Origin: Terriglobia bacterium
GTDB taxonomy: Bacteria > Acidobacteriota > Terriglobia > 2-12-FULL-54-10
Direction: 5' to 3'
DNA: 64,000 bases
NCBI GenBank assembly: GCA_963666975.2
Contig: CAXVYR010000004.1
Coordinates: forward strand, 480,001-544,000
This document shows positions 10,047-19,967 of this stretch, in pieces. The position numbers and the translations under genes are program-made. The notes beneath the pieces were generated by a model, which worked only from the letters and a program-made list of their open reading frames with translations, was not told the DNA's origin and ran no database searches. Numbering within the stretch: position 1 is the stretch's first letter; every line of letters begins with the position of its first letter.

Positions 10047-11807
10047 CTAATTCTTTGGGGAATTCCGTTCCTTGACGGCGACCATCTCCTCGATGGTGCT
10101 GGTGGCGCTTCCACCCGAGTGGGACTGTGCCAGCTTTTCCCCTTTCGAACGCTCCGGGCCAGCCGCCAATGCCCGCAGGCTCAGACCGACCTTTTTTTCT
10201 CCGGGATTCAACTTGATGATTTTGAATTCGTATTCCCGGCCAACCTCCAGGGGAATCGAGTGCTTGTCCACCTGATCTTCGGAAACTTCCGAGATGTGGC
10301 ACAGCCCTTCAATGCCTTCGGCCAATTCGATAAAGGCGCCGAAGGTAGCCAGCCGCACCACTTTGCCGCGAACCGTAGCGCCCACCTGGTGGCTGGAGTA
10401 GAACGACTCCCAAGTATCCGGCTGCAACTGTTTGACGCCGAGCGAAAGACGCCGATTTTCAGGGTCAATACTCAGGATAACGGCCTGCACCTGTTCGCCC
10501 TTCTTCAGAACCTCGGAAGGATGCTTGATACGGCGAGTCCAGGAAAGGTCCGAGACATGGACCAAGCCGTCGATGCCTTCTTCTACCTCCACAAAAGCCC
10601 CGAAATCGGTGAGGTTCCGCACGCGTCCTTCAATTTGAGACCCCACCGCGTAGCGCTCCGCCAATGTGATCCAGGGGTTCGGCTCGGTTTGCTTCAGTCC
10701 TAGGGAGATGCGCCGTTCTTGCGAGTTGACGTCCAAGATAACCGTCTCTACGACATCTCCGGGAGAAAGAATTTTGGAAGGATGCTTGATGCGCTTGCTC
10801 CAGCTCATTTCGGAAACGTGAATGAGGCCTTCCACCCCTTGCTCCAGCTCCACGAAAGCCCCGTAGTCGGTCAGGTTCAGCACTTTGCCTTTTACCCGGG
10901 CGCCGACGGGAAATTTTCCGGCCACAGACAGCCAGGGATCTTCGCTGAGTTGCTTCAACCCCAGGGAAACCCGCTCCTTTCCCCGGTCAAACTTCAGCAC
11001 CTTGACCTCGATTTCATCTCCAACCGAGACCATCTCCGAGGGGTGGGTAACACGGCCCCATGTAAGGTCGGTGATATGCAACAGACCGTCGAGCCCGCCC
11101 AGGTCTACAAAGACCCCGTAATCGGTTATGTTCTTCACTGTCCCCTTCAGCACCGCGCCCTCGGACAGCTCAGTCAGGGTCCGCGCCTTGCGGGATGAGT
11201 TTTCCTCTTCCAGCACAGCCTTGCGGGAGACGACGATGTTGCCCCGTTTTTTGTTGAGCTTAATGATCTTACAGGAGATTTCCTGCCCTTTGAGTGCATC
11301 CAAGTTGCGGACTGGTTTGATATCCACCTGCGAACCCGGCAAAAAGGCTCGCACTCCAATATCCACCGCCAAACCACCTTTGATTCTTTCTTCAATCCGC
11401 GCGGGAATGACTCTCTGGCCCTCATAAACCGCCTCGATCTCGTCCCAAAGCTTGAGGCGCTTGGCTCTTTCCCGAGAAAGAACAACGTATCCGTCCCGTT
11501 CCTCGGTGGACTCCAGCATCACCTCGATTTCGTCCCCCGGCTCGACGTGAAGATTTCCCTCCTCATCCTTGAACTCGGCCGTGGAAATCACGCCCTCGCA
11601 TTTGTAGCCGACATCGACAATCACCTCCGTGCCGGCTATCTTTACCACGCGCCCTTTCAGCAGCGATCCAGCGGCAGGCTGGGATAATTGGCCGTAGGAT
11701 TCCAGCAGACGGTCAAATTCCTCCGACTCAGATTGCGTTTGTACCTGCTCCGGATTCAAGCTCTCTTCTTGATCCAGCGGAGGGTTTTCTGGGTTTGACA
11801 TTGACAA
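10047..11807 (-). CDS. rpsA: 30S ribosomal protein S1
   Basis: six S1 repeats (DYGVFVDLGGLDGLLHITDL, DYGAFVELEQGVEGLIHVSEMSW and others). Confidence 0.97.
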   Translation of the reverse strand: MSMSNPENPPLDQEESLNPEQVQTQSESEEFDRLLESYGQLSQPAAGSLLKGRVVKIAGTEVIVDVGYKCEGVISTAEFKDEEGNLHVEPGDEIEVMLESTEERDGYVVLSRERAKRLKLWDEIEAVYEGQRVIPARIEERIKGGLAVDIGVRAFLPGSQVDIKPVRNLDALKGQEISCKIIKLNKKRGNIVVSRKAVLEEENSSRKARTLTELSEGAVLKGTVKNITDYGVFVDLGGLDGLLHITDLTWGRVTHPSEMVSVGDEIEVKVLKFDRGKERVSLGLKQLSEDPWLSVAGKFPVGARVKGKVLNLTDYGAFVELEQGVEGLIHVSEMSWSKRIKHPSKILSPGDVVETVILDVNSQERRISLGLKQTEPNPWITLAERYAVGSQIEGRVRNLTDFGAFVEVEEGIDGLVHVSDLSWTRRIKHPSEVLKKGEQVQAVILSIDPENRRLSLGVKQLQPDTWESFYSSHQVGATVRGKVVRLATFGAFIELAEGIEGLCHISEVSEDQVDKHSIPLEVGREYEFKIIKLNPGEKKVGLSLRALAAGPERSKGEKLAQSHSGGSATSTIEEMVAVKERNSPKN

Positions 11808-12321
11808 AGTCCCCTGAGACGAACAGAACCAGCAGAATAGCCGTCGTGTAATTGTGCAAGCGGCTTCCGGATCGCCGAAGATGCCACCCCGCCGCTAACG
11901 GGGCATGCGCTGGTACGAGCCACCCATTAGCCAGCCGATTCGACAGCGGAACGACCTACCCTGTTCTTCTGCTGCTTTCTCCCGTGCGTGCCAGTCAATT
12001 CTACTGGAGCAAACTATACAAAAACCACCCCCGGATGTCAACCAAACCAAAAGAAGGGTAATGGGTCAGTTTCCGTTAGGCACAGCGTCACACGATTTGT
12101 CAGGGCAGGGGCATCCGTAGCAAAACTGGCTCTGTCCTAGATGATCCATGATCCAACACTGAACGGGAGAAGATGGTTGCCGAATGGAAACCAATCAGGC
12201 TAACGGGCCAAACCGCAGAGAGGCACCCTGCCGGCTGGAAACAGGGATTGAGTTGGGGCTGGATCCCTAGCAGGACGCCCAGCGCCGGTTTGGGCCAGTT
12301 GCAAAACGGCTCTACGTTTTA

Positions 12322-12987
12322 TTAGGGGGTTGCGGCAGGCGGATTCGCAGGCGTTTCGGCAGTTGTCTCCGCTGTGGCGCTGGTGGCATCCTCGGCAGCG
12401 GCAGCTTCGGCAGCGGCATCCTCGGCAGCGGCAGCCTCGGCAGCGGCAGCTTCGGCAGCGGCTGTAGCCGCATCATATTGCTCAATGATTGCTTGCGTAA
12501 TGTCGATCGTTGCGTTCGCATACAGGATAGGAGTCTGCGGAGAGGAGGCGTCCAGGACGAGACCGAGCTCGTTTTTCTGGGCATGCTCGGAAATGACCCC
12601 CAGCATTTTTCTGCCGATCCCGTTGATTACATCCTGCTGGGCCTGCTGAAATTCGGCGGTGGCATCTTCATTATCGCGGTTCAGCCTGCGGGTCTTGTCG
12701 TCCAAGGTGCGCAGCAGTCTGGTTCGGGCTTCGTCGCTGAGCGTCTTTTCCTGATTTCTTAGCTGGTTTTGCAGGTCGCTGATCTCTCTCTGCTGATTTT
12801 CCAGCTCCACGCGCTTCGGCGCAAACTTATTTTGCAGTTCCCGGATCGCCGCCTGACCGTCTTTGCTCCCGGCGATGGCAGTTTGAATGTCGATGATGGC
12901 CACCTTCTGGGTTGTATTCTGGGCAAAGACGCTCGCAGAAAAGACCACAATTAAACCCGCGAGAATTGCCGGCACTTTGATTCTCAT
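12322..12987 (-). CDS. OmpH/Skp periplasmic chaperone with Ala/Glu-rich tail
   Basis: signal peptide, KVAIIDIQ, long coiled coil, LVLD...ILYA...DITQAII; likely ATG at 12987. Confidence 0.88.
   Translation of the reverse strand: MRIKVPAILAGLIVVFSASVFAQNTTQKVAIIDIQTAIAGSKDGQAAIRELQNKFAPKRVELENQQREISDLQNQLRNQEKTLSDEARTRLLRTLDDKTRRLNRDNEDATAEFQQAQQDVINGIGRKMLGVISEHAQKNELGLVLDASSPQTPILYANATIDITQAIIEQYDAATAAAEAAAAEAAAAEDAAAEAAAAEDATSATAETTAETPANPPAATP
12385..12459. repeat. five tandem 15-bp repeats encoding (A/D)AAAE in the Skp tail
   Basis: units GGCA(T/G)C(C/T)TCGGCAGC read directly. Confidence 0.85.
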
Positions 12988-13134
12988 CCGATCTCCCATT
13001 GGCTCATTCACTTTTTTGGAAAGCGCACGATACGCACTGAGTTTACGTTCAAAGCCTCTCATTGTCAAGAGGTTGCGGAGCAGCCAGGGCTTTATCCCAG
13101 GCCACTCGCGCACCTGTTTCAAATGGTGGTCTGA

Positions 13135-13998
13135 TTATTTTAGTTCCAGCTTACTATCCATCGACTTGAGATACAGATCCTGCAAACGGATTTTCATCTG
13201 CTGGACTTCCGCATCGGCAGGGTTCGTAGCTATTGACTTATCGATGAACTCCAGCGCGTGCTGGTAATCCTGCTTACGTCCATAAGCCAGCGCAATGTTG
13301 TAGAAAGCATTGGCATCGTTTGGCAAAATTGCAAGGATCTCCTCATACATGCTGATGGCCCCGTCGAAGTCGTTCTTCCCCTCAGCTTCGTTCGCTTGAG
13401 CCCCAATGGCCATCACCTGGACCTGGGCAACCATCTTCTGAAAATTTTCCGGGTCGATTTCGGCGGCCTTGCTGACGGCTTCTTCCGCCTCGGTCCTCAT
13501 ACCCTGGGCGGCATAGCCGATCGCAACAGCCATATGCGCCTGCGGAATTTGAGGAGCCAATTCAACCGCGATCATCCCTTTTTCGAGAGCCGAATCATAG
13601 TCTCGGTTCTGAACAGCCTGGTTGGAATCTGTCAGAATTTGATTCAAATAATTCAGGCTGTAAAAAGTCTGTTTGCAGGGTTTCTCGATATTCCCGGAAA
13701 GCTCTACCGGATCGGTGGGTTTGGCGAAATAGCCCTGCAACTCGTGCCCATCGATCTGGTAGGTGCCGTCGTTCAGCCCCTTAAATTGCACCTCGCCCTT
13801 TTTGTTTGTTTTCCGTTTCCACTCTTTCCCCGTCTGCGTCAGAGTGACCTGGAGTTCCTGCTTCTCCAGCGGAATGCCGGCCTCATTTACCACCGTGCAG
13901 CGCAGAGTGTTCTTGGCTTGCGCAACGGGAACAAACGCCAGAGCCAGGAAAGACAGTACCACCAGCCCGCCGATTTTGTGATTTGCTAAAGATTTCAA
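13135..13998 (-). CDS. secreted TPR protein with N-terminal carboxypeptidase-regulatory-like beta domain
   Basis: signal peptide, TNKKGEVQFKGLNDGTY motif, TPR helices (AFYNIALAY). Confidence 0.75.
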   Translation of the reverse strand: MKSLANHKIGGLVVLSFLALAFVPVAQAKNTLRCTVVNEAGIPLEKQELQVTLTQTGKEWKRKTNKKGEVQFKGLNDGTYQIDGHELQGYFAKPTDPVELSGNIEKPCKQTFYSLNYLNQILTDSNQAVQNRDYDSALEKGMIAVELAPQIPQAHMAVAIGYAAQGMRTEAEEAVSKAAEIDPENFQKMVAQVQVMAIGAQANEAEGKNDFDGAISMYEEILAILPNDANAFYNIALAYGRKQDYQHALEFIDKSIATNPADAEVQQMKIRLQDLYLKSMDSKLELK

Positions 13999-14043
13999 CT
14001 TTCCCCCCTCCCTGTTTTGAGTTGCCCCGGAATCCGATTTCCC

Positions 14044-15723
14044 TTACGGAACAGGGCTGGTGTGAAAGCCAGCCTCAGCCCGGACCCGGCCAGGGGCATG
14101 ATTAGAGCCCCGGGCAGCATCCGCCGTCCGAAGCAGTTGTTGAGCTTGTCCTAAAGCTCCAATGGCGCTTTGCACCTGCGGGTCTCCGCGGACGTCCACT
14201 TCATTTCCCCGCGGAATCCCGTATGCCAGATTAAATAATTCCGTCTTGATGCGCACCTTCACAAACGGCAAAGAGCGTTCCCAAGATAAAGGCGGCACGC
14301 GCACGCCAGCGTTGTGAAGGAAATTTTTGAAATCGCCCAGGGCAGCTTCATCCACCTCGAAGTCCTCGCTCACATGGATGATACTATCCCGGTAGGCCTG
14401 CGCAAAGTTCATGAAAGCCGTACTCTCTTCGAGGAATTCTGCCCACGGATCCAACTGCCAGGAGCCGGCCGGCGTGTCCGGGTGTACCCCTCCCTTTGAC
14501 GGTAATGGCCGTCCGTTGTCCGTATAAAACTCCTCCGTCTGTTCTTGTTGTAAGATATCAGCCAACGCCGTCCCCGGCAAGGGCCGTTGGATCGACCGGC
14601 TGCTGGAAGTGAAGTAGCGTGCTGTGGTGAGAACCAGCGCCGTGCCCTCGCTGAGGGGCAAAACGGACTCGACCACTCCCTTTCCAAAGCTCACTTCGCC
14701 TACCACCCAGGCACGGTCATGTTCCTGCAGAGCCGCCGCGATAATTTCCGCCGCGCTGGCCGACCTCCCGTTCATGATGACAACAAGGGGAAGTTCCGGG
14801 CGAAAGGGCGCCGACTCGGTCACATACTTCGTCTCCGGGATCACCCGGCCCCGTAAGCTTACCACAGCCTGGCCCTTTCGCAGAAACAGTCCTGCCGTGG
14901 CCACCGCAGATTCCAGCGAGCCGCCGGGATTGTCGCGCAGGTCCAGGATCAGGCCCCGCAGATTGTTGCTCCCCCACTCCTCCAAAATCGAGCGGAGTTC
15001 GCCGGGGGTGCTTTCCTCCACCCGCGCCACATGCACGTAACCAAGCGACGGCTCCAGCAGAAACTTCTTGTCCACGGTAGGCGAGGGAACTTCGGCGGGG
15101 TCCAGCGAAAAATCCCGCGGAACCAGCTTGCCGCCCTGCACCACGGAAAGCTCCACGCGTTTGGACTTGGCCGCCTGCAACACTTCCACCAGCTCGCGTA
15201 AGTCCATACGGTCCACGCGATGGTCATTGATCTCGACGATCCGGTCCCCAGGACCCAGGCCCGCTCTCCCGAACGGGGAACCCGGCAGCGAGTGCAGAAC
15301 CATAACGCGCCCGGCCTGCACGTTGAGGATAGCGCCAAAACCTTGCTGAACGCCGCGCTGCTGCTGCTGCAACATCTGAAATTGGCTGGCGTCCAAAAAA
15401 ACCGAAAACGGATCGAGACTGGATAGGGCGCCCCGAATGGCTCCTTCATACAGAGCCTGTTCAGGCTGGAGGGAGTCCGCCAGGTGTTTTTCGAGCAGCC
15501 GGTACGCTTGGGTTATCTTTGCCAGACTCCGGCGTATCGCTTCATCCCCATCCTCTCTGGAGGACTGCGAATACGCCCCTGGCGGCGAGATGATCCACAA
15601 AAACACTACTGCCGGCAAAAAGAATCGCTGCACTACGGTGCCTGCGGCCCTCCTAGCCTCTCTGCCCAACCGGTTTCTAGTGTTTCGGAGCAGCACCAGA
15701 TTTCCCCCTGCCGTCGCCGGCAA
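14044..15723 (-). CDS. S41 family C-terminal processing peptidase (CtpA-like)
   Basis: LDPFSVF, PDZ domain, LDLRDNPGG, SASAAEI, SFGKG; true start uncertain. Confidence 0.92.
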   Translation of the reverse strand: MPATAGGNLVLLRNTRNRLGREARRAAGTVVQRFFLPAVVFLWIISPPGAYSQSSREDGDEAIRRSLAKITQAYRLLEKHLADSLQPEQALYEGAIRGALSSLDPFSVFLDASQFQMLQQQQRGVQQGFGAILNVQAGRVMVLHSLPGSPFGRAGLGPGDRIVEINDHRVDRMDLRELVEVLQAAKSKRVELSVVQGGKLVPRDFSLDPAEVPSPTVDKKFLLEPSLGYVHVARVEESTPGELRSILEEWGSNNLRGLILDLRDNPGGSLESAVATAGLFLRKGQAVVSLRGRVIPETKYVTESAPFRPELPLVVIMNGRSASAAEIIAAALQEHDRAWVVGEVSFGKGVVESVLPLSEGTALVLTTARYFTSSSRSIQRPLPGTALADILQQEQTEEFYTDNGRPLPSKGGVHPDTPAGSWQLDPWAEFLEESTAFMNFAQAYRDSIIHVSEDFEVDEAALGDFKNFLHNAGVRVPPLSWERSLPFVKVRIKTELFNLAYGIPRGNEVDVRGDPQVQSAIGALGQAQQLLRTADAARGSNHAPGRVRAEAGFHTSPVP

Positions 15724-16226
15724 TTATTCTCACCTGGAAGAAATTTTTAGCTTAACACATTGCCTAAAAACCCGGATGTTGACCTTCTCGTAGAAAGGCG
15801 GCTGCATCCACCCACTGTCAACGCCGTATTAAGGAATCTCCTTGGACCGCTGCATTCAGCCCATTTTCTTGGAACCACATCCCTGCTCAAAGGTTGTAAC
15901 CTGCATTAGGAATTCAGCCGTACCATCCACAAAATATGGTTGCTGCATGCAACAGACCTGCCAGCAAAGCTTGAAGAGCATACCGCAAGGCTAATAACCA
16001 GCTTACTATCATTAAGATATGGAAGTTCAATGCTGTAAATCCCGATAGATTCCCCCCAGCCTCCCACAAATTGACGACCTTTCCGGGGTACCGTGCGTTT
16101 CCCCGGAAGTCAAAGGACTTTTCCTAAAAATCCCCATTTGTTTCACTTTAGGGAATGTGCAGTAACCGTCCAGGTGAGAGGAATTCCCCTTTTCAGTAGA
16201 TTACAGGTCAAGCCGCACCGGAGTTT

Positions 16227-16241
16227 TGGCACTTCAAATGC
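16227..16241 (+). promoter_or_regulatory. sigma54 -24/-12 promoter of the exosortase operon
   Basis: TGGCAC-TTCAA-ATGC (GG-N10-GC), 37 bp upstream of the ATG. Confidence 0.6.
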
Positions 16242-16278
16242 TTCACTCTGATGGGGTCTTAGACCTTAGAAGGCTTAT

Positions 16279-17273
16279 ATGAAACTGGGTTCTTTGGCGA
16301 GGCAGTACTACAAGGCATTGATCATAGGCGCGGGTGTCGCCGTCCTCTACAGCGAAGTGCTCCGGGAATTGGCCTTTGACTGGTGGAACAATCCCGATTA
16401 CAGCCATGGCCTGCTGCTTCCCTTCGTCACCCTATACCTGATCTGGCAGAAAAAAGATTCGGGCCGAACCGCCGTTCAACCTTCAACTATGTATGGGACA
16501 CCCTCTGGAACAATCCCGATTACAGCCATGGCCTGCTGCTTCCCTTCGTCAGATTTGGCCGGGAGCCCTTCCGCTCCCAGTAAGCTCGGACTCATGGTGA
16601 TGCTGGGGTCGCTGGGACTTCTGTTCGCCGGCCATCTGGGCGCGGAATACTTTATCAGCCGAGTTTCCTTGTTGCTATTCTTGGGTGGACTGGTCCTGTT
16701 CTTTTTCGGGTGGAAGCATCTTCGTATAGTCAGCTTTCCCCTGGGACTGCTCTTCCTCGCTATTCCTCTTCCGGCAGTTATCTTCTATCAATTAACGTTC
16801 CCACTCCAACTGATCGCTTCTCAACTGGCCACATTCTTTTTGGAAACTTCCATGGTGCCTGTTCTGCGCGAGGGGAACTTCCTCTTCCGGCAGTTATCTT
16901 CTATCAATTAATCGTAATCGTATTGCCCAATATCACCCTGGAAGTGGTGGAGGCTTGCAGCGGCATCCGCTCGCTGTTCTCCCTAATGACACTCACGATC
17001 TTGTACGGCTACTTTTTGGAGGGCAGAACCTCTTTCCGATTGATCCTGATCGCTATGACCGTCCCGCTGGCATTGTTTTGCAACGGACTGCGCATTATGG
17101 GGACGGGCATCTTGACTCAGTATGTGAATCCGGCGGCGGCGGAGGGATTTTTCCACTCTTTCTCCGGATGGCTTGTCTTCCTGATCGCGTTCGCATCGCT
17201 GCTCGTGATTCACAGAGGCTTGAACATATTCAAAAGACCGGAACGTAAGGAGGATGGCGCCCTTGCAAGCTAA
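16279..17273 (+). pseudogene. exosortase (EpsH/XrtA family), interrupted as assembled
   Basis: DYSHG motif, multiple TMs, catalytic ACSG, N..RI and H motifs; 96-bp in-frame insert at 16456-16551 and 35-bp frameshifting insert at 16879-16913. Confidence 0.85.
16456..16505 (-). mobile_element. IS256-family terminal fragment inside the exosortase gene
   Basis: identical apart from one extra A to 48692-48740, the end of the IS256 at 47.7-48.7 kb. Confidence 0.75.
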
Positions 17274-17913
17274 TCGAGACTGGCGGCTTTTGCTTACAAT
17301 CGCTCTGCTGCTTTCTTCCACCCTGGGGCTCCAGGCGTTGTCGCATGGCTCACCCACGGTGTTGCGGCAGAAATTGGACACCTTCCCGCAGCAAGTGGGC
17401 GCGTGGAACAGCGTGGACGTAGCCATCGACCAGGACGTCCAGGAAGTGCTGGGCGCCTCCGACCTGCTCAATCGAGTCTACTTCGACCCGCAGAACAAGA
17501 TCAGCATCGGGTTGTTTGTCGGCTATTTTGGCAGCCAGCAGAGGGGAGGAGCCATTCATTCCCCCAAAAACTGCCTCCCAGGTGCCGGGTGGACGGCCCT
17601 GGAAGGCGGGCTGGCCACCATTGCTGTGCCCGGCTATCCCGAACCAGTAAATGTGAACCGTTACATCATCCAAAAGGGGATGAACAAACAGCTTGTCCTG
17701 TACTGGTATCAGTCCCAGGGGCGCGTCATCGCCAGCGAGTACGCCGCCAAAGTTTATCTGGTTTGGGACGCAGCCACAAAAAACCGCACCGACGGCGCGC
17801 TGGTCCGGTTCATTACGCCCATCGTCGGGGGAGATGAAGCGGCTGCCCTGGAAAGGGCCACGGGATTCGTCCAGGAAACTTTCCCTTACCTCACGGAATA
17901 CATTCCGAGCTGA
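17254..17913 (+). CDS. epsI: EpsI family protein (exosortase C-terminal/associated domain)
   Basis: HSPKNCLPGAGW, VLYWYQSQGR, RTDGALVR motifs; follows the exosortase. Confidence 0.93.
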   Translation: MAPLQANRDWRLLLTIALLLSSTLGLQALSHGSPTVLRQKLDTFPQQVGAWNSVDVAIDQDVQEVLGASDLLNRVYFDPQNKISIGLFVGYFGSQQRGGAIHSPKNCLPGAGWTALEGGLATIAVPGYPEPVNVNRYIIQKGMNKQLVLYWYQSQGRVIASEYAAKVYLVWDAATKNRTDGALVRFITPIVGGDEAAALERATGFVQETFPYLTEYIPS

Positions 17914-18083
17914 GACCACCGCAGCACCTTACAAACCGGCTCGACAGCCGGAAGCCGTCCATCCTTCTTTCCTGTTTGAAAAATTACCCAGCGGTCGCAG
18001 GATTGCGCAAAGCCGTAGCTCTTATCGGCGGATCGGGTTAGAATTTCTCCGCCTGAAAAGTTCAGCGCGGAAAACCATAATCC

Positions 18084-19256
18084 ATGGAACCCAAAATCCC
18101 TGCGGTCAATCTGCCTCTCCAATTCGAATCGATCCGCAAAGAAATCGACGCGAGTATCCGGCATGTGCTCGAAAGACAAAGCTTCATCCTCGGCCCGGAG
18201 GTCCAAGAGCTGGAGCAGGCCGTGGCGCGAGCGCAGGACTGTGCCCACGCCGTGGGATGCGCCTCCGGCTCTGACGCCTTGCTGTTGTCTCTTATGGCCA
18301 TGGGAATCGGACCGGGCGATCCTGTGCTGGTGCCCGCGTTCACCTTTTTCTCGACCGCCAGCTCGGTGGTCCGCGCCGGGGCCACGCCGGTGTTTGTGGA
18401 TATCGATCCCCGCACTTTTAACATCAGCCCGGAGGCCGCCCGGCAAGCGCTCGCTTCTCATAAGACCGGCAAGCCCGTCAAGGTCGTTGTCCCTGTGCAC
18501 CTCTACGGGCAATGCGCCGACATGGATGCCCTGTCGGCACTGGCGGCCCAATCCGGTATTCATATTATTGAGGACGCCGCACAGGCCATCCTGGCGCGTC
18601 ACAGGCGGCGCGCAGCCGGCTCCATGGGCGACTGCGGATGTTTCAGCTTTTTCCCAACCAAAAATCTCGGCGGCTATGGTGACGGCGGAATGGTCACTAC
18701 CAATGACTCCTCGCTCGCTGAACGCCTGCGTCCGCTGCGAGATCATGGATTGGTCAAAAAACACGTCCATGCCTGCCTGGGCATAAACAGCCGCCTGGAC
18801 ACTCTGCAGGCAGCAGTTCTGCTGGTCAAGCTGCGGCATCTGGAAGAGTGGACGAAATTCCGGCAGAAGCGGGCTGCGTATTACAGGAAGGCATTTGCGG
18901 ATGCAGGATTATCTGACGCGGCTGCGACGCATCCATATCCAACACGCGAGGCCCCGGTGGTGCTGCCCTATGTAGCGCCCGACGCCGGTCACGTCTATCA
19001 TCAATTCACGGTGCGTGCTCTGCGACGAGACGAGATGGCGCGCCATCTGGCAGCAAAAGGCATCGAGAGCGCCGTTTATTACCCCATCCCGCTTCATCTG
19101 CAAGAGGCGTTTTCTTATCTAGGCGGACAACCGGGAAGCTGCCCGGAAAGCGAGCGCGCCGCCGGCGAGGTGCTCTCCCTCCCCGTCTATCCGGAGATCA
19201 CCGAGGAGCAGCAGTCTCGGGTGGTGGAAGAGATCAAGAGGTTTTATAGCGCTTAA
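18084..19256 (+). CDS. DegT/DnrJ/EryC1/StrS PLP-dependent sugar aminotransferase
   Basis: SGSDAL, PVHLYGQ, EDAAQA, SFFPTKNLGGYGDGG, NSRLDTLQAA. Confidence 0.95.
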   Translation: MEPKIPAVNLPLQFESIRKEIDASIRHVLERQSFILGPEVQELEQAVARAQDCAHAVGCASGSDALLLSLMAMGIGPGDPVLVPAFTFFSTASSVVRAGATPVFVDIDPRTFNISPEAARQALASHKTGKPVKVVVPVHLYGQCADMDALSALAAQSGIHIIEDAAQAILARHRRRAAGSMGDCGCFSFFPTKNLGGYGDGGMVTTNDSSLAERLRPLRDHGLVKKHVHACLGINSRLDTLQAAVLLVKLRHLEEWTKFRQKRAAYYRKAFADAGLSDAAATHPYPTREAPVVLPYVAPDAGHVYHQFTVRALRRDEMARHLAAKGIESAVYYPIPLHLQEAFSYLGGQPGSCPESERAAGEVLSLPVYPEITEEQQSRVVEEIKRFYSA

Positions 19257-19292
19257 GAAACTGCGTGAAAACTACGGCGAAGGCAAAGCAAT

Positions 19293-19376
19293 CCGAGCCG
19301 CGCGCGCCTGCCCCGCCTGCCCTGCCTGCCCTGAGCGAAGTCGAAGGGAGCGCAGCCGAAGGGGCTCGGAATGACA
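19293..19376. repeat. nested miniature palindromic repeat cluster (copy 1)
   Basis: CCGAGCCGCGCGCG followed by nested CCTGCCCTG/AGCGAAGTCGAAGGG units; nearly identical to 51384-51454. Confidence 0.8.
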
Positions 19377-19485
19377 GCGCAGCATGGGATACACCAATGA
19401 TGCAAATGCTCTTAGGGAATCATTTGGGGAAGATCAAAGGTAGCTAAAGATAAGGTGCATCTTCCCCGAAAAGCATCTGCCGGTC

Positions 19486-19773
19486 TCAATCCACCCAAAT
19501 CGAGCACTCGCGCAACAGGTCGTACCCTTTCTGCTCGTCCGGCGTCATGCCCCTGGGAAGTTCGCCCGATTGCAGGAATATCCAAAGCCGCTGCAGTTGG
19601 TTCAGGCATGCTGTCTGCCTAATTTTCCTCGCCGGGTCATCCGTGGAGATACTGGAAACGTTTTCTATCTCTTCTTCCACTCGTTCCGCCATGGTCCACG
19701 GGTTATCGGTGAGGCAGCACGCAAAGCTGGGGAAATCAAATTCATTCTGTGTTTCTCTCGACACGGCAACCAC
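19486..19773 (-). CDS. hypothetical protein
   Basis: plausible short ORF with no recognised motif; start may be the internal ATG (MAERVEEE). Confidence 0.3.
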   Translation of the reverse strand: MVAVSRETQNEFDFPSFACCLTDNPWTMAERVEEEIENVSSISTDDPARKIRQTACLNQLQRLWIFLQSGELPRGMTPDEQKGYDLLRECSIWVD

Positions 19774-19967
19774 CCGCCCAACATTGTTGCTGTTCTGAAG
19801 ATCGACCTAGTTTGGCATCACCAATGCTATCGCTGATGGTTTTCGGAATTTTGCTTGGAATGCCAAGCGAGGGAGCGTGAGGGAGCCGACGCTGGAACAT
19901 GCTTTGCTCAGCAAACACGGAGAGAACAGAATCAGCGGGGCGAGTTTGCAGCGCTCCGCCGTGCGCG

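Noticed and set aside
19813-19828. sigma54-like box TGGCATCACCAATGCT
   Set aside because: Points toward the 3' end of an opposite-strand gene, with no credible downstream ORF
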